From: Prolixibacteraceae bacterium
GTDB lineage: Bacteria > Bacteroidota > Bacteroidia > Bacteroidales > Prolixibacteraceae
Assembly: GCA_003516705.1 (NCBI GenBank)
Contig: DPCJ01000116.1
Coordinates: 45,781-109,780, forward strand
DNA: 64,000 nucleotides
Reading direction: 5' to 3'
Shown here: positions 30,058 through 40,090 of the stretch, in pieces
Layout: every line of letters starts with the position of its first letter
Position numbering within the stretch: position 1 is the first letter of the stretch
Translations under genes and position numbers: made by a program
Notes under the pieces: generated by a model
The model's input: only the letters and a program-made list of their open reading frames with translations
Told to the model about the DNA's origin: nothing
The model's database searches: none

Positions 30058-30376
30058 TGAGATTCCTCGCTTCGCTGCCAATGACAGAATTTGAAATAAA
30101 GACCCTGAATCAAGTTCAGGGTGACGTTATAATATACATTGTTAGTTGGAACGTCATGCCGAATTCATTTCGGCATCTTCCTGTTATTTCCTCATTATGC
30201 CGGAAAATTTGTTTTTGGGTGAATCCTCGGAATGACATAAAGCCACTTCAATGCTGTCATTTCGACGAGTACGCGAGGAGAAATCTCTTCGAACAGGCAG
30301 ATTTCTCCTTCGTCGAAATGAAAAGAAAAAAGAATCTGTCATTGGAAGCGAAATGAAATGAAGCGAAAGAATCTCA
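30058..30376. repeat. Nested REP/BIME-like palindrome cluster
   Basis: Outer IR GAGATTC..CGCTTC..CCAATGACAGA / TCTGTCATTGG..GAAGCG..GAATCTC; inner hairpins CCCTGAA-TCAAG-TTCAGGG, ATGCCGAA..TTCGGCAT, TCATTTCGACG..CGTCGAAATGA. Confidence 0.75.
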
Positions 30377-30451
30377 TTCAAAATAAAATTAAATCTATGT
30401 GTTTTTCTATTGTGTACTGATGTGACTAATGTGTTTACTATTTTTTCCTGA

Positions 30452-31015
30452 TTATTCCTTATTCAGCAGGCTGAATTTTGAAATATCGATGACAGATAAA
30501 AGGCATTTATGTTCGACGTCGGCAACTACACCTTCCATATAAACATAACACAGTGGTTCTTTATTGTGACCGAGCAATACTTCACAGGTTTCTTTGGCGC
30601 TGCCGGTAAATATTTTCCTGAAAAAGTTGTTAAACACAGGCCTTGATGTTTCAGAGACAAACAACTTGAAATTACTTCCAATCAAACTAAAACGTCTTTC
30701 TTTCAGTATATCAGCGCCGGTGAAGTTTAGTTCACTGATAGTTCCTTCGGCATCGAGCAAGAAATAGCCAACCGGTGCCAAATCGAAAAGCATGGTATAT
30801 TTTTTCAGGGCGGCCTCGGTTGTTTCATAAGCCTGCCGTAACTCTTCGTTCTGCATTTCCAATTCAATCTGATGCACCTGCAACTCGTGAACAAGTTTTT
30901 TTACATCTGTTTCATTAGTCAAATTGCCCGATTTTTTTTCATTTTCAGCAAGTTTTTCTTCTGCAATCCGACGCAGCATTTCAGCATTTGTATAATCTAT
31001 TTCTTCGTTACTCAT
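30452..31015 (-). CDS. Coiled-coil + PAS domain protein (no kinase domain)
   Basis: HELQVHQIELEMQNEELR followed by PAS (LFDLAPVGYF...ELN). Confidence 0.8.
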   Translation of the reverse strand: MSNEEIDYTNAEMLRRIAEEKLAENEKKSGNLTNETDVKKLVHELQVHQIELEMQNEELRQAYETTEAALKKYTMLFDLAPVGYFLLDAEGTISELNFTGADILKERRFSLIGSNFKLFVSETSRPVFNNFFRKIFTGSAKETCEVLLGHNKEPLCYVYMEGVVADVEHKCLLSVIDISKFSLLNKE

Positions 31016-31068
31016 AGCTATTTATTTTTTAAATTCCTGTTTCTGGTAAGATAAGCAACATTCCGCTT

Positions 31069-34002
31069 TCAGTCATCCGCTTTCTTGGTAATAATCATTC
31101 CTGATGGTATTTGAAGATTGTTGAGAAGTACATTAACTTTAAAATCAATCACTTTTTCCTGATTTTTTGCTGCAATTACCGGGACACTGATTGTATCGTT
31201 TTTTGCCTGTTCCATAATTTCGGCTAATTCATCTTTAGTTTTTTCCTGTTTGGTTTCCGGGATAAAAAGATCGATAAAGTTGTGGTTTACAATGTCTCCG
31301 CGTTTCTTTCCAAAAAACTTTTCAGCTGCCAAATTAAACTCCTGAATTTTAAAATCGGCTGATAAAGTAACAATTACGTCGGCCGATGAATTTAAAAAGA
31401 GGCGGTAACCCTGTAAAGTTTCATTTAATTTTTCTTCAGCCTGTTTCGATTCTGAAATGTTGATAAAAGTAATAACCAGCCCTTCAATACGGTCGTCTAA
31501 AGTGCGATAGGGCATTATTCTGATGGAGAACCACCGGCCATCTTTTGCCGGAATTTGTTTTTCAATAAAAATAAGTGTCCGCAAAACTTCGAGCGCATCA
31601 TCGGCCAGTTCGGGGTAAATCAGATTCGAAACCTGGTCGGTAAATGGCCGCCCGATATCGCTTTTTATGAGTTTGAAAATTTTAGTGGCCTGGTTGGTAT
31701 ATCGGCGGATGTTTAATTCCTTATCAAGAAATAAAGTTGCAATATCGGTACTGTTGAGCAGGTTTTTCATGTCGTTGTTTACCCGTGAATAATCATCTAC
31801 TTTCGATTGCAACTCTGCATTAACAGTTTGTAGTTCTTCATTCAGGCTTTGCATTTCTTCTTTCGAAGTGGTAAGTTCCTCGTTGGTTGACTGCAACTCT
31901 TCGTTGGTTGACTGCAATTCTTCATTGGTCGATTTCAGCTCTTCGTGCGAAGTCTGCATTTCTTCCATAATATTCTGAATCTCCTCGCGTGCATGTTGCA
32001 GTTCATCCTCCAGTTCCGATTCTCTTACACTGGTTACTCCTTTCTTTTTGCGAATTTCATGTTCAGGAGTTTGCGGTACATCGGTAAAAATTACCATTAT
32101 CTTCCCATACAAAGGTTCAGGTTTTTGTATCCAAACAATATTCACATTAATTAAAATTGAGCCACCGTTTGTTCCAATTTTTACATTGTGCAAAACCACT
32201 GCTTCTTTTTTTGTAACGGCTTTTCGAAAAGCGATGGCAAAATCGTTTTGAAAACCGGGCCGCAACATGGCAAAAATATTCATGTTTGCTTTACCCACAG
32301 CTGGTTCCAGATATTTTCCGGTGCGACCGCTGATATAAATAATATCGCCATTTTCGTTTACCAGCACACCGGCAGGTGAAAACTGCTGTAATAACAACTG
32401 GTCGGCAAGCGTTTGAATATTCATGATTGATTTTTCTGGTAATCTGTTTTCAATATTGGTAATTTTGGGCCGGGAGAAGGAGGATGGAAAATCAAATTGT
32501 TCAGGAATAGTTTGGGCCACAGTACGTTTATAAATTTTCATTCCTGAGTTTAACTGCTCAAAAAGATGACTGTGAATCCCCAGTGTTTCTGAAGTACCCA
32601 ATAATAAAATTCCATCGGGATTAAGACTATAGTAAAAGAGACCGATTAATTTTTTCTGTAACTCAGGGTCAAGATAAATGAGCAGGTTACGGCACGATAT
32701 GATATCGATATTTGTAAAAGGCGGATGCATAATAATATTGTGTTGTGCAAACACTATCGTTTCCCTGATTTCACTGTTAATGCGATAGCCATCTTCGGTT
32801 TTGGTGAAAAACCGGTTTAGTCGTTTTGGCGATACATCGGTGGCAATATTTGCCGAGAACAGTCCTTTTCGTGCGGTATCAATGGCATCATTATCAAGGT
32901 CTGAAGCAAATATTTGTAAAGTTAATCCTTCGTAGGGGTTAACTTTCTCAAGTGCTTCCTTAAATATAATGGCCAGCGAATATGCTTCCTCGCCAGTTGA
33001 ACAGCCGGGAACCCATGCCCTTAAAACAGCGTTGGTTCTAGGTTTTTTTATTAATTCCGGTAAAATCGACTCTTTTAGTTTTTCCCAAATAGGAGAGTCG
33101 CGAAAAAAACTGGTTACACCAATCATTAACTCTTTAAACAGAATGTGTACTTCCTTTGGATTTTCCTGCAAAAAGTGCACGTATGAATAAATATCATCGA
33201 TTTTGTGTATGCTCATTCGTCTTTCAATGCGACGATAAACAGTATTTTTTTTGTACAACGAAAAATCATTCCCAGTGTGTGTTCTCAGCAGAATGATAAT
33301 TTTTTCGTGTGCGCTTTTATCTTTGGTGTCAAAATCGAGTTTCGATTTAACAACCGGCAAATGTTTTAAAAAGGCAACAAGATTTAAGTACAGATTTTCA
33401 GGCGGCGCAACAATATCAACCTGTACCGAATTGATGGCATTCCTGGGCATACTGTCGAATTTCGCTGTTTCAGGATCCTGCACCAAAACAATTCCGTTAT
33501 TTTCTTTAATGGCCTGTATTCCGCTGCTCCCGTCAGAACCCATTCCTGAAAGTATAATTCCAATCGCATATTCCTTTTGATCGTCGGCCAGCGAACGCAG
33601 GAAAAAATCGATTGGCAATCTTAATCCGCGTGATTCAAAAGGGTCGAAAAGATAGAGTACTCCCTTTAAAACCGACATACTTTTGTTGGGAGGAATCACA
33701 TAAACAAAGTTTGGCGCTATTTTCATGCGGTCTTTCACCTGTAAAACCTTCATTTTTGAAATTCGCTGAAGCAATTCAGGAAGCATTCCTTTTTGTGTGG
33801 GATCCAAATGCTGAATAACAACAAAAGCCATCCCGCTGTTTTCGGGCACGTTACCCAGAAATTGTTCCAATGCTTCCAGTCCGCCTGCCGAGGCACCAAT
33901 GCACACAATTGGAAACTTGTTTTCAGTCGGTTCGATTGAATTTTTGGTCTCAGCATTTGCCGGTTCCGGGTTCTTTGTTTTCAACTGAGTAGTTTTTACC
34001 AT
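31069..34002 (-). CDS. CheB-CheR-PAS fusion protein
   Basis: GASAGG/QHL/SGMGSDG (CheB); GCSTGEEAYS and CRNLLIY (CheR); EELQSTN heptads; PAS domains. Confidence 0.92.
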   Translation of the reverse strand: MVKTTQLKTKNPEPANAETKNSIEPTENKFPIVCIGASAGGLEALEQFLGNVPENSGMAFVVIQHLDPTQKGMLPELLQRISKMKVLQVKDRMKIAPNFVYVIPPNKSMSVLKGVLYLFDPFESRGLRLPIDFFLRSLADDQKEYAIGIILSGMGSDGSSGIQAIKENNGIVLVQDPETAKFDSMPRNAINSVQVDIVAPPENLYLNLVAFLKHLPVVKSKLDFDTKDKSAHEKIIILLRTHTGNDFSLYKKNTVYRRIERRMSIHKIDDIYSYVHFLQENPKEVHILFKELMIGVTSFFRDSPIWEKLKESILPELIKKPRTNAVLRAWVPGCSTGEEAYSLAIIFKEALEKVNPYEGLTLQIFASDLDNDAIDTARKGLFSANIATDVSPKRLNRFFTKTEDGYRINSEIRETIVFAQHNIIMHPPFTNIDIISCRNLLIYLDPELQKKLIGLFYYSLNPDGILLLGTSETLGIHSHLFEQLNSGMKIYKRTVAQTIPEQFDFPSSFSRPKITNIENRLPEKSIMNIQTLADQLLLQQFSPAGVLVNENGDIIYISGRTGKYLEPAVGKANMNIFAMLRPGFQNDFAIAFRKAVTKKEAVVLHNVKIGTNGGSILINVNIVWIQKPEPLYGKIMVIFTDVPQTPEHEIRKKKGVTSVRESELEDELQHAREEIQNIMEEMQTSHEELKSTNEELQSTNEELQSTNEELTTSKEEMQSLNEELQTVNAELQSKVDDYSRVNNDMKNLLNSTDIATLFLDKELNIRRYTNQATKIFKLIKSDIGRPFTDQVSNLIYPELADDALEVLRTLIFIEKQIPAKDGRWFSIRIMPYRTLDDRIEGLVITFINISESKQAEEKLNETLQGYRLFLNSSADVIVTLSADFKIQEFNLAAEKFFGKKRGDIVNHNFIDLFIPETKQEKTKDELAEIMEQAKNDTISVPVIAAKNQEKVIDFKVNVLLNNLQIPSGMIITKKADD

Positions 34003-34362
34003 TTATATGTTTCGCTATAAAATGCTGAGAAATGTCTTTCGCACGATGTGCACCAAGAGACAATAATTCTTTGTAAATATAAGTATTCCTGCCCATTTGG
34101 ATTATAGAATCAATGCAATGTTTCAACGTTATAATAGTATTTGTATGTAACTGTTTTATAAGCTATTTCCGAAATTGAAATTGAACATTACGAACGCAAT
34201 CGGCTGTGTATAATTTTCAGAAAAGATGATCTAATTCCCTCTTTTTTGAATTGTGATACAAGTTTCATTCGGGCTTGTGTGTCATGAAACGTTCTTCCTA
34301 TTCCGAAACGGTTCTCTGCAAGTGGTTTTAGAAGAATGACCCTTCTCAAATGTAAAATCACA

Positions 34363-34584
34363 CTAAAACCATTTACTTCTCCTTTTCGAAACAACTACTC
34401 CAAGCAGAAAACCGAGGACTAAACTTATCAGAATCTGTACCCAGTTTAAATTGCCTAACGACCCTCCGCCATGCATTGCGCCGGCCAACCAATTCTTCCC
34501 GCCCAACAGCAGGAATGCCACTACTACTACAACTACTGCAATAATATACACAGCAGTTCTGTTCGATGAAAATATTCTACTCAT
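34363..34584 (-). CDS. Small two-TM membrane protein
   Basis: 73 aa, two hydrophobic helices, preceded by a regulon site. Confidence 0.65.
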   Translation of the reverse strand: MSRIFSSNRTAVYIIAVVVVVVAFLLLGGKNWLAGAMHGGGSLGNLNWVQILISLVLGFLLGVVVSKRRSKWF

Positions 34585-34629
34585 TTCGTTTTTTTGATGC
34601 CAAATTTAGGAAGTCGTTCAAAGAGTTGT

Positions 34630-34667
34630 GTTGTACAATTTTCATATAAGTTTATATAATTCTCACT
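34630..34667 (-). promoter_or_regulatory. Island regulon site 8 (degenerate)
   Basis: GTTGTA-N16-TTATATAATTCTCACT; perfect TAAATTTG on - strand at 34601-34608. Confidence 0.65.
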
Positions 34668-34795
34668 TTTTGACTTGGGATACAAGTTCACTACCACATT
34701 GTGTTTCATTAACTTGTTTTATTAAACATACAAATCGGTTTACTGAATGATTTATCATGAAAAAGAGGTGTTCTACATATTGATTGTTCGCAAAA

Positions 34796-34833
34796 AGTGT
34801 GAATGATGTAACTCTTGGCAAAAGTTATGTAAC
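34796..34833 (+). promoter_or_regulatory. Island regulon site 9 (ompA-porin)
   Basis: AGTGTGAATGATGTAA-N16-TGTAAC; TATCTTTA at 34855-34862. Confidence 0.88.
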
Positions 34834-34939
34834 ATTTAGCCGGTTTCGCAGGCTTATCTTTATCAAATAATTATCAATAGAGTAACATTTTAGAAATCAA
34901 CAAAATGAGAAATGGTTTAAACAATTAAAAATAAAAGAC

Positions 34940-35611
34940 ATGAAAAAATTAAAGATGAGTTTGCTTGTAGTTTTAAGTACTGCCTTAATGCTCGGAGGAT
35001 GTGCAACGTGGAATAAAACCCAGAAAGGGGCGGTAATTGGTACAGCAACAGGTGGTGCTGCCGGCGCCGTAATTGGAAGGGCATCAGGCAATACAGCTTT
35101 GGGAGCAATAATCGGGGCAGCAGTTGGTGGTGCTTCGGGTGCAGTTATTGGCAGGCAAATGGACAAACAGGCCGAGGAAATTGCAAAATCAGTGCCCGAT
35201 GCAAAAGTTGAAAGAGTGGGCGAAGGCATTGTTGTTGAATTCAGCAGCAGTATTTTGTTTGGATTCGATAAATCGAACCTGTCAGCAGCAGCCAAGACAA
35301 ATCTCGACAAACTGGTGATTGTGCTGGATAGTTATCCGGACACAAATATTGAAATCCAGGGACATACTGACAGTAAAGGCAGCGTAGCCTATAACCAGGA
35401 CTTATCGGTAACCCGTACACGCACGGTTTCTTATTATCTTACTGATAAAGGAATAAACTCAAGCCGTTTAACAGTGAAAGGATTTGGTGAAACATTACCA
35501 AAATATGAGAATGATACAGAATATGGCCGCACACAAAACCGCAGGGTAGAATTTATGATTACTGCAAACGAAAAAATGAAAGCCGAAGCAGAGAAAAATG
35601 CTTCTGAATAA
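34940..35611 (+). CDS. OmpA family lipoprotein with glycine zipper
   Basis: Lipobox LGGC, GAVIG repeats, QGHTD, NRRVE. Confidence 0.92.
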   Translation: MKKLKMSLLVVLSTALMLGGCATWNKTQKGAVIGTATGGAAGAVIGRASGNTALGAIIGAAVGGASGAVIGRQMDKQAEEIAKSVPDAKVERVGEGIVVEFSSSILFGFDKSNLSAAAKTNLDKLVIVLDSYPDTNIEIQGHTDSKGSVAYNQDLSVTRTRTVSYYLTDKGINSSRLTVKGFGETLPKYENDTEYGRTQNRRVEFMITANEKMKAEAEKNASE

Positions 35612-35633
35612 TGATTAACACGAACTTTAAATA

Positions 35634-36317
35634 ATGAATATGAAAACAAGAAATGTTTCTTTGATTTTAATTTTAATGCTCACAGGTTACTTTGCCATGG
35701 CGCAAAGCGAAAATACCCGCAAAATGGCTTTTGCTGTTTTGGGAGGTGTAAATTTTCAAAACCTGAATGGTGAAGATATGAGTGGCGATAAGCTTGAAAA
35801 CGATTTAATCATTGGGTATCATGCTGGTGTAAATGTTCAGATTCCAGTGGCACCTGAGTTTTATTTTCAGCCCGGATTGCTCTACAGTACCAAAGGCGCC
35901 GAAAATACAACCGGCAGTTTAGTAAGTACTTATAAACTTGCGTACATCGAGATGCCGTTGAATTTTGTGTATAAAGGACAGCTTGGTAACGGCTTTTTTA
36001 TGGTTGGCCTGGGGCCGTATGTTGCCTATGGAATAGGAGGGAAGGCCCTTTACGAAGGTGGCTCCGGATCTCTTGAATCGGATATTGAATTCAAAAATGA
36101 AGTGGTGTTGGGCGATCCTTTGTTAACAGTCTATGTAAAACCAATTGATGCCGGTGGAAATATTTTCTTCGGATACGAGTTGGCAGGTGGATTGTTTATG
36201 CAGTTAAACGCACAACTTGGAATGATTAACATGACTCCTGATCATTATTTATACCCTGATGATAAATCAATCCTTAAAAATACCGGTTACGGTGTTTCAT
36301 TAGGGTACAGATTTTAG
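35634..36317 (+). CDS. Outer-membrane beta-barrel (porin/PorT-like family)
   Basis: Signal peptide, FQPGLLYSTKG, terminal GYRF. Confidence 0.82.
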   Translation: MNMKTRNVSLILILMLTGYFAMAQSENTRKMAFAVLGGVNFQNLNGEDMSGDKLENDLIIGYHAGVNVQIPVAPEFYFQPGLLYSTKGAENTTGSLVSTYKLAYIEMPLNFVYKGQLGNGFFMVGLGPYVAYGIGGKALYEGGSGSLESDIEFKNEVVLGDPLLTVYVKPIDAGGNIFFGYELAGGLFMQLNAQLGMINMTPDHYLYPDDKSILKNTGYGVSLGYRF

Positions 36318-36345
36318 ACTCCTTATTTTTTATTTTTCTATAGCT

Positions 36346-36376
36346 AGGCCATCGCTGTTTTCAGCGATGGCCTTTT
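36346..36376 (+). terminator. Intrinsic terminator
   Basis: AGGCCATCGCTG-TTTT-CAGCGATGGCCT-TTT. Confidence 0.8.
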
Positions 36377-36512
36377 GTTGTGATTACAGTAAAAATGAAA
36401 TGCTAAAAACGAATCATATGACATCGTTGTGGTGACATCTGAAAGGATAAGGCTTTAGCTGAACGGATTTCATTTCGAGAGAAAAAAACAATATTTGAAT
36501 AATGTCTGTTTT

Positions 36513-37049
36513 CTATCGCACTCTCAGATTTCTGTAATTAGAGGGAGTTAATCCGGTTACTCTTTTAAACTGATTTGATAAATGAGCCACACTGCTGAAA
36601 TGCAGTTTAAATGCAATATCGCTTAAATCCATATCGGAGTAAATCAACAGCTCTTTAATCCTCTCAATTCGCTGTGCAATAATATATTTCTCGAGTGTAA
36701 TTCCTTCTGTTGCCGAAAAGGCGGTGCTCAGGTGGGTATAACTTACCTTAATTTTCTGACTGATGTATTCCGAATAGTTTGGTTTTTGCAGGTCATCAAA
36801 ATCATAAATTAAATGATGAACCACATTTTTTATTTCATTAACCACATGGCTCTTTTTATCCTCAATTAATTCGAGCCCTGCATTTCTGAGTGATTCATCA
36901 AGGAGTTTCAGTTGCTCTTCCTGTATTTTCTCACTTAATTCTACCTGTCCAAATTCCACAGAAATAATAAACAACCCAAGCTTGTTAAGTTCGTTCGCTA
37001 CAAACGTTTTGCAACGGTCGCTGACCATATTTTTGATTTTCAGAATCAT
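36513..37049 (-). CDS. AraC family transcriptional regulator with short HMA-like N-terminus
   Basis: IKNMVSDRCK N-terminus; C-terminal LSDIAFKLHFSSVAHLSNQFKRVTGLTPS HTH. Confidence 0.92.
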   Translation of the reverse strand: MILKIKNMVSDRCKTFVANELNKLGLFIISVEFGQVELSEKIQEEQLKLLDESLRNAGLELIEDKKSHVVNEIKNVVHHLIYDFDDLQKPNYSEYISQKIKVSYTHLSTAFSATEGITLEKYIIAQRIERIKELLIYSDMDLSDIAFKLHFSSVAHLSNQFKRVTGLTPSNYRNLRVR

Positions 37050-37167
37050 GTAAACGCTAAGATTATTTTACTTTGGATAACCAATATTGTGTTAATCTTC
37101 CAATAACTGAACATTATTCTGAACTCCTGACTGCCGTCAGTCAGAAGTTTCGAAATCTGTTATTTAA

Positions 37168-37211
37168 CAGTGAGATGCTGATCTCAGGTACCCGGGATCA
37201 GCATCTCACTG
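37168..37211. other. Long hairpin in araC leader
   Basis: CAGTGAGATGCTGATC ... GATCAGCATCTCACTG, a perfect 16-bp stem. Confidence 0.75.
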
Positions 37212-37325
37212 AATGTTTCATGACTAACACAACACTATTATCACACATCTTTTTAATTGTATTACTGTTATCAAAAATCAATAGATTTTCAGTTAATTAA
37301 AATAAAGCATCTCATCCTTTTATGA

Positions 37326-37363
37326 GTTATACTTTTCCTGAAAAAACTTACATTATTCACACA
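37326..37363 (-). promoter_or_regulatory. Island regulon site 10 (upstream of araC)
   Basis: GTTATA-N16-TTACATTATTCACACA; weak -7 box TATTTTAA at 37297-37304. Confidence 0.75.
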
Positions 37364-37436
37364 TTTAGGGGAGAAATTAAAAATTAGAAATGTGATTATC
37401 CGTTTTATGACCTAACACCGAAGGTGTTTTATTTTC

Positions 37437-37465
37437 ATAACCTTAGGTCTTAGACCTAAGGTTAT
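37437..37465. repeat. REP-like palindrome
   Basis: ATAACCTTAGGTCT-T-AGACCTAAGGTTAT, a perfect 14-bp IR. Confidence 0.65.
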
Positions 37466-37984
37466 TGAATCCCAAACTCCAACTGCCTGAATTGAAAATC
37501 GACGGAGTCAAAGGCAGAACGAATTCATTCTTTCAGAGAACATTGTTCATCAATATCAGTACATTTTTCAATCAAAAACTGATGATATTCTTCATCAAAA
37601 CTTACCTTTTTTAAAATTTAAAATGCATAGGTAAACTATTGAAGGCATAGTTGAACGTCCAACAAAAATAAGAGCAGGGCAACTTTTACCGATTAGCCAA
37701 CAAAATGATGCATATTCTCAATTCGCTCAATCTGCCGATTTATTGGTCTATCGGCATGAATCAATTTAAATTCCAAATGTCGCGTAGCATATTTTGAATA
37801 ACAATTGGTATTATTTATTACCTGCCCTTGTAAAGCGGAAAAAATATTTTTCATTTTAACCCAACGTGTCTTCTGATAGAAATCAGGGATTATTATTTTA
37901 ATGTTCTGGTTATCAGAAGAAAAAAAAAGCAGAGACATATAAAATGCCTCTGCTTCTGATCTCGAATTGTATATTTTTGGGGAC

Positions 37985-40024
37985 CTAATTTGCCGGGAAA
38001 ATATCGATGATAACCGTTCGGTTATAAAAGCGTTCTTCCACCAATTTGTTTTCAAAAGGCGACATGCTTTCGTCTTCGCCGAATCCGTTAGTCATAAATT
38101 TTACATCGGTTCTGCCAGCTTTTGAAAGTGCCTTTTCCATAATGTTTCTGGCATCGTTGGCTCTGGCCAGCGACAACGTTTGATTATGACCTTCTTCTCC
38201 GATAATATCGGTATATCCGTGAATCTGAACGGTTCCGTTTACCGGAATTTTTGGCGTTACCACATCAGTAAGGTATTTTTCGTACGTTGCGATGGCATTG
38301 GCATCATCAAATTCAAAGATGATACTGAATCTCATTCCCTCGTTGTTTGCCGGAGGAGTCCAAAGTGTCATCTTTGTGAAAGCTTCCTTTTTTACAGTTT
38401 TACCGCTTTTTGTTGTTCCAACCATTGTAACATCGAAGTTACCCTGAGGACGTGATCCCAAAATCGATTTCCCGGGTATATTTACAGTCTCTTCGGTATA
38501 TGGACCAAACTTCTGCATGGTTCCCTGTTCGTCTCTGATCTCAAGCAACCACGAAGAAAATGCTTCATCGGCGCCATCAACATTAAACGAAACATAGCTG
38601 TCGATGGGCGCTTCCTGAATAACATTGAATTCTACCGGTTTCAATGGTGCATTAGGTCCGCTTCTGAACTCCATCAACAGGGCAGGAGAACTGCTTTCTA
38701 CCGAAACTCTGCGGTCGCCCTGGCGAAGCAGCTCAAGTTCGAGTGTGCCCCCCGGTTGTTCCGATGGGATTTTTGGTTTGTCTCTGCCTTCAATATTGAT
38801 TCTTGAATCGGTAACTCCAAAAACATCAACCAGGTATTTTTTCACCGATTCGGCCATTAATTTTCCATCAGCAGGACCTTTTTCCGATGATCCAACCAAT
38901 GTAATATTCGAAGAAGGATTCTTTAACATCCTGTCGCCAAGAATATTCAGTACATTATAATATACAGTCATTTGTCGTTTTGAACGGCCCGACACAGAAA
39001 CGGGTGCAAATACTTCGAGTTGGTCTTCCTTGAAATCAGCAACCTGATCTTTGCGAAGTAAAACATACCGATTTGGTATTTCTGTTGAACCTGAATTGAA
39101 AAATATATAGTTGAGCAATGGCAATGTTTCCCTTACTTTTCGTTCGGTTGGAATATTTGCCGGTGAGATAACCGAAAATTTTACTTCAGGTTCCAGAACA
39201 GGAATAATCACTGGCACAACTTCTGGTTGGGCAGCTATTTTCTTCCCTCTTCCAAATTTAAGTGCTGCTCCCACTCTTAAAGTGGTGATGTTCCAGGTTT
39301 CAATTGATCGTGGCTCTTGTCCGAAATAGGGTTGAAATGAGACAAATGGCGAAAGCATTGCCTGACCCCTTTTGTTGGAACCAGAGAGCGGGATATCTAA
39401 ACCTGCGCCGATTTGCATTGAGTAAATGGTTTTGTTTATATGACTGAAATCGTCGGTTACATCAGCAACCGCTGGTGTATTTGGGTATTCGGCACTCGGT
39501 CCCTGTTCGTAAGTGAACGATTTTGCAAGATTAAACGCAATACGCGGACCGGCATACAAGTAGAAATTTGATTTGAATGGCGCCAGGCGTAAACTTGGTT
39601 CAACGGTAATATAACTGAGGTCGGTTAACAAATCGGCCGGGCAGTTACAAGGCGTGAATGCCTGGTCGAACGCTCCTTTCCGGCTGTCGTAACCAGCCTG
39701 AAGCATTACTCCCAAAACTGTATTGGGTTTATGATACTCTATTAAAGGCGCAGCATAAAGCCCCACACCAAAACCATCATGAAACGTTGTAGGAGGGGTA
39801 AAATTATCACTTAACGTATGTGTTGATCCATGATAGAAATTCAGATTTGCACCGGCTGCAGCACCAAACCACCAGTTTGGCTTTGTATATTGTGTCTCCT
39901 GTGCCTGAACATTTGCCTGAATACCTGCTATGATTAAAGTGCTGAGAATAATACTTTTTATGGCCAGGCTATAAGGGGACCACGCCTTGCGTGACCCCTT
40001 TTTAAAATTAATGTAAGTTTTCAT
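37985..40024 (-). CDS. Beta-barrel + OmpA-like domain protein
   Basis: Signal peptide, barrel, C-terminal region paralogous to 28052..29839; HGYTD..LSLARA..NRTV. Confidence 0.85.
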   Translation of the reverse strand: MKTYINFKKGSRKAWSPYSLAIKSIILSTLIIAGIQANVQAQETQYTKPNWWFGAAAGANLNFYHGSTHTLSDNFTPPTTFHDGFGVGLYAAPLIEYHKPNTVLGVMLQAGYDSRKGAFDQAFTPCNCPADLLTDLSYITVEPSLRLAPFKSNFYLYAGPRIAFNLAKSFTYEQGPSAEYPNTPAVADVTDDFSHINKTIYSMQIGAGLDIPLSGSNKRGQAMLSPFVSFQPYFGQEPRSIETWNITTLRVGAALKFGRGKKIAAQPEVVPVIIPVLEPEVKFSVISPANIPTERKVRETLPLLNYIFFNSGSTEIPNRYVLLRKDQVADFKEDQLEVFAPVSVSGRSKRQMTVYYNVLNILGDRMLKNPSSNITLVGSSEKGPADGKLMAESVKKYLVDVFGVTDSRINIEGRDKPKIPSEQPGGTLELELLRQGDRRVSVESSSPALLMEFRSGPNAPLKPVEFNVIQEAPIDSYVSFNVDGADEAFSSWLLEIRDEQGTMQKFGPYTEETVNIPGKSILGSRPQGNFDVTMVGTTKSGKTVKKEAFTKMTLWTPPANNEGMRFSIIFEFDDANAIATYEKYLTDVVTPKIPVNGTVQIHGYTDIIGEEGHNQTLSLARANDARNIMEKALSKAGRTDVKFMTNGFGEDESMSPFENKLVEERFYNRTVIIDIFPAN

Positions 40025-40090
40025 ATTTTATTTTTTTACAAATTATCAATTCTGTTTTTCTGTTGTTTACTATTTTATATTTCTGTTTTA

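Noticed and set aside
30057-30381. ORFs of 99 aa (+) and 65 aa (-)
   Set aside because: They lie entirely within the palindromic repeat cluster and show no protein features
34074-34140. Possible 18th regulon site upstream of cheBR (ATTATAGAATC)
   Set aside because: Only one half-site, 2 nt off register; the distal TTACATCATTCACAC half is absent
37073-37300. 75-aa + strand ORF
   Set aside because: TTG start, spans the hairpins, antisense to the predicted araC leader
37693-38055. 120-aa - strand ORF
   Set aside because: Overlaps the ompA-like gene end and has no recognisable motif; a shorter internal ORF cannot be excluded
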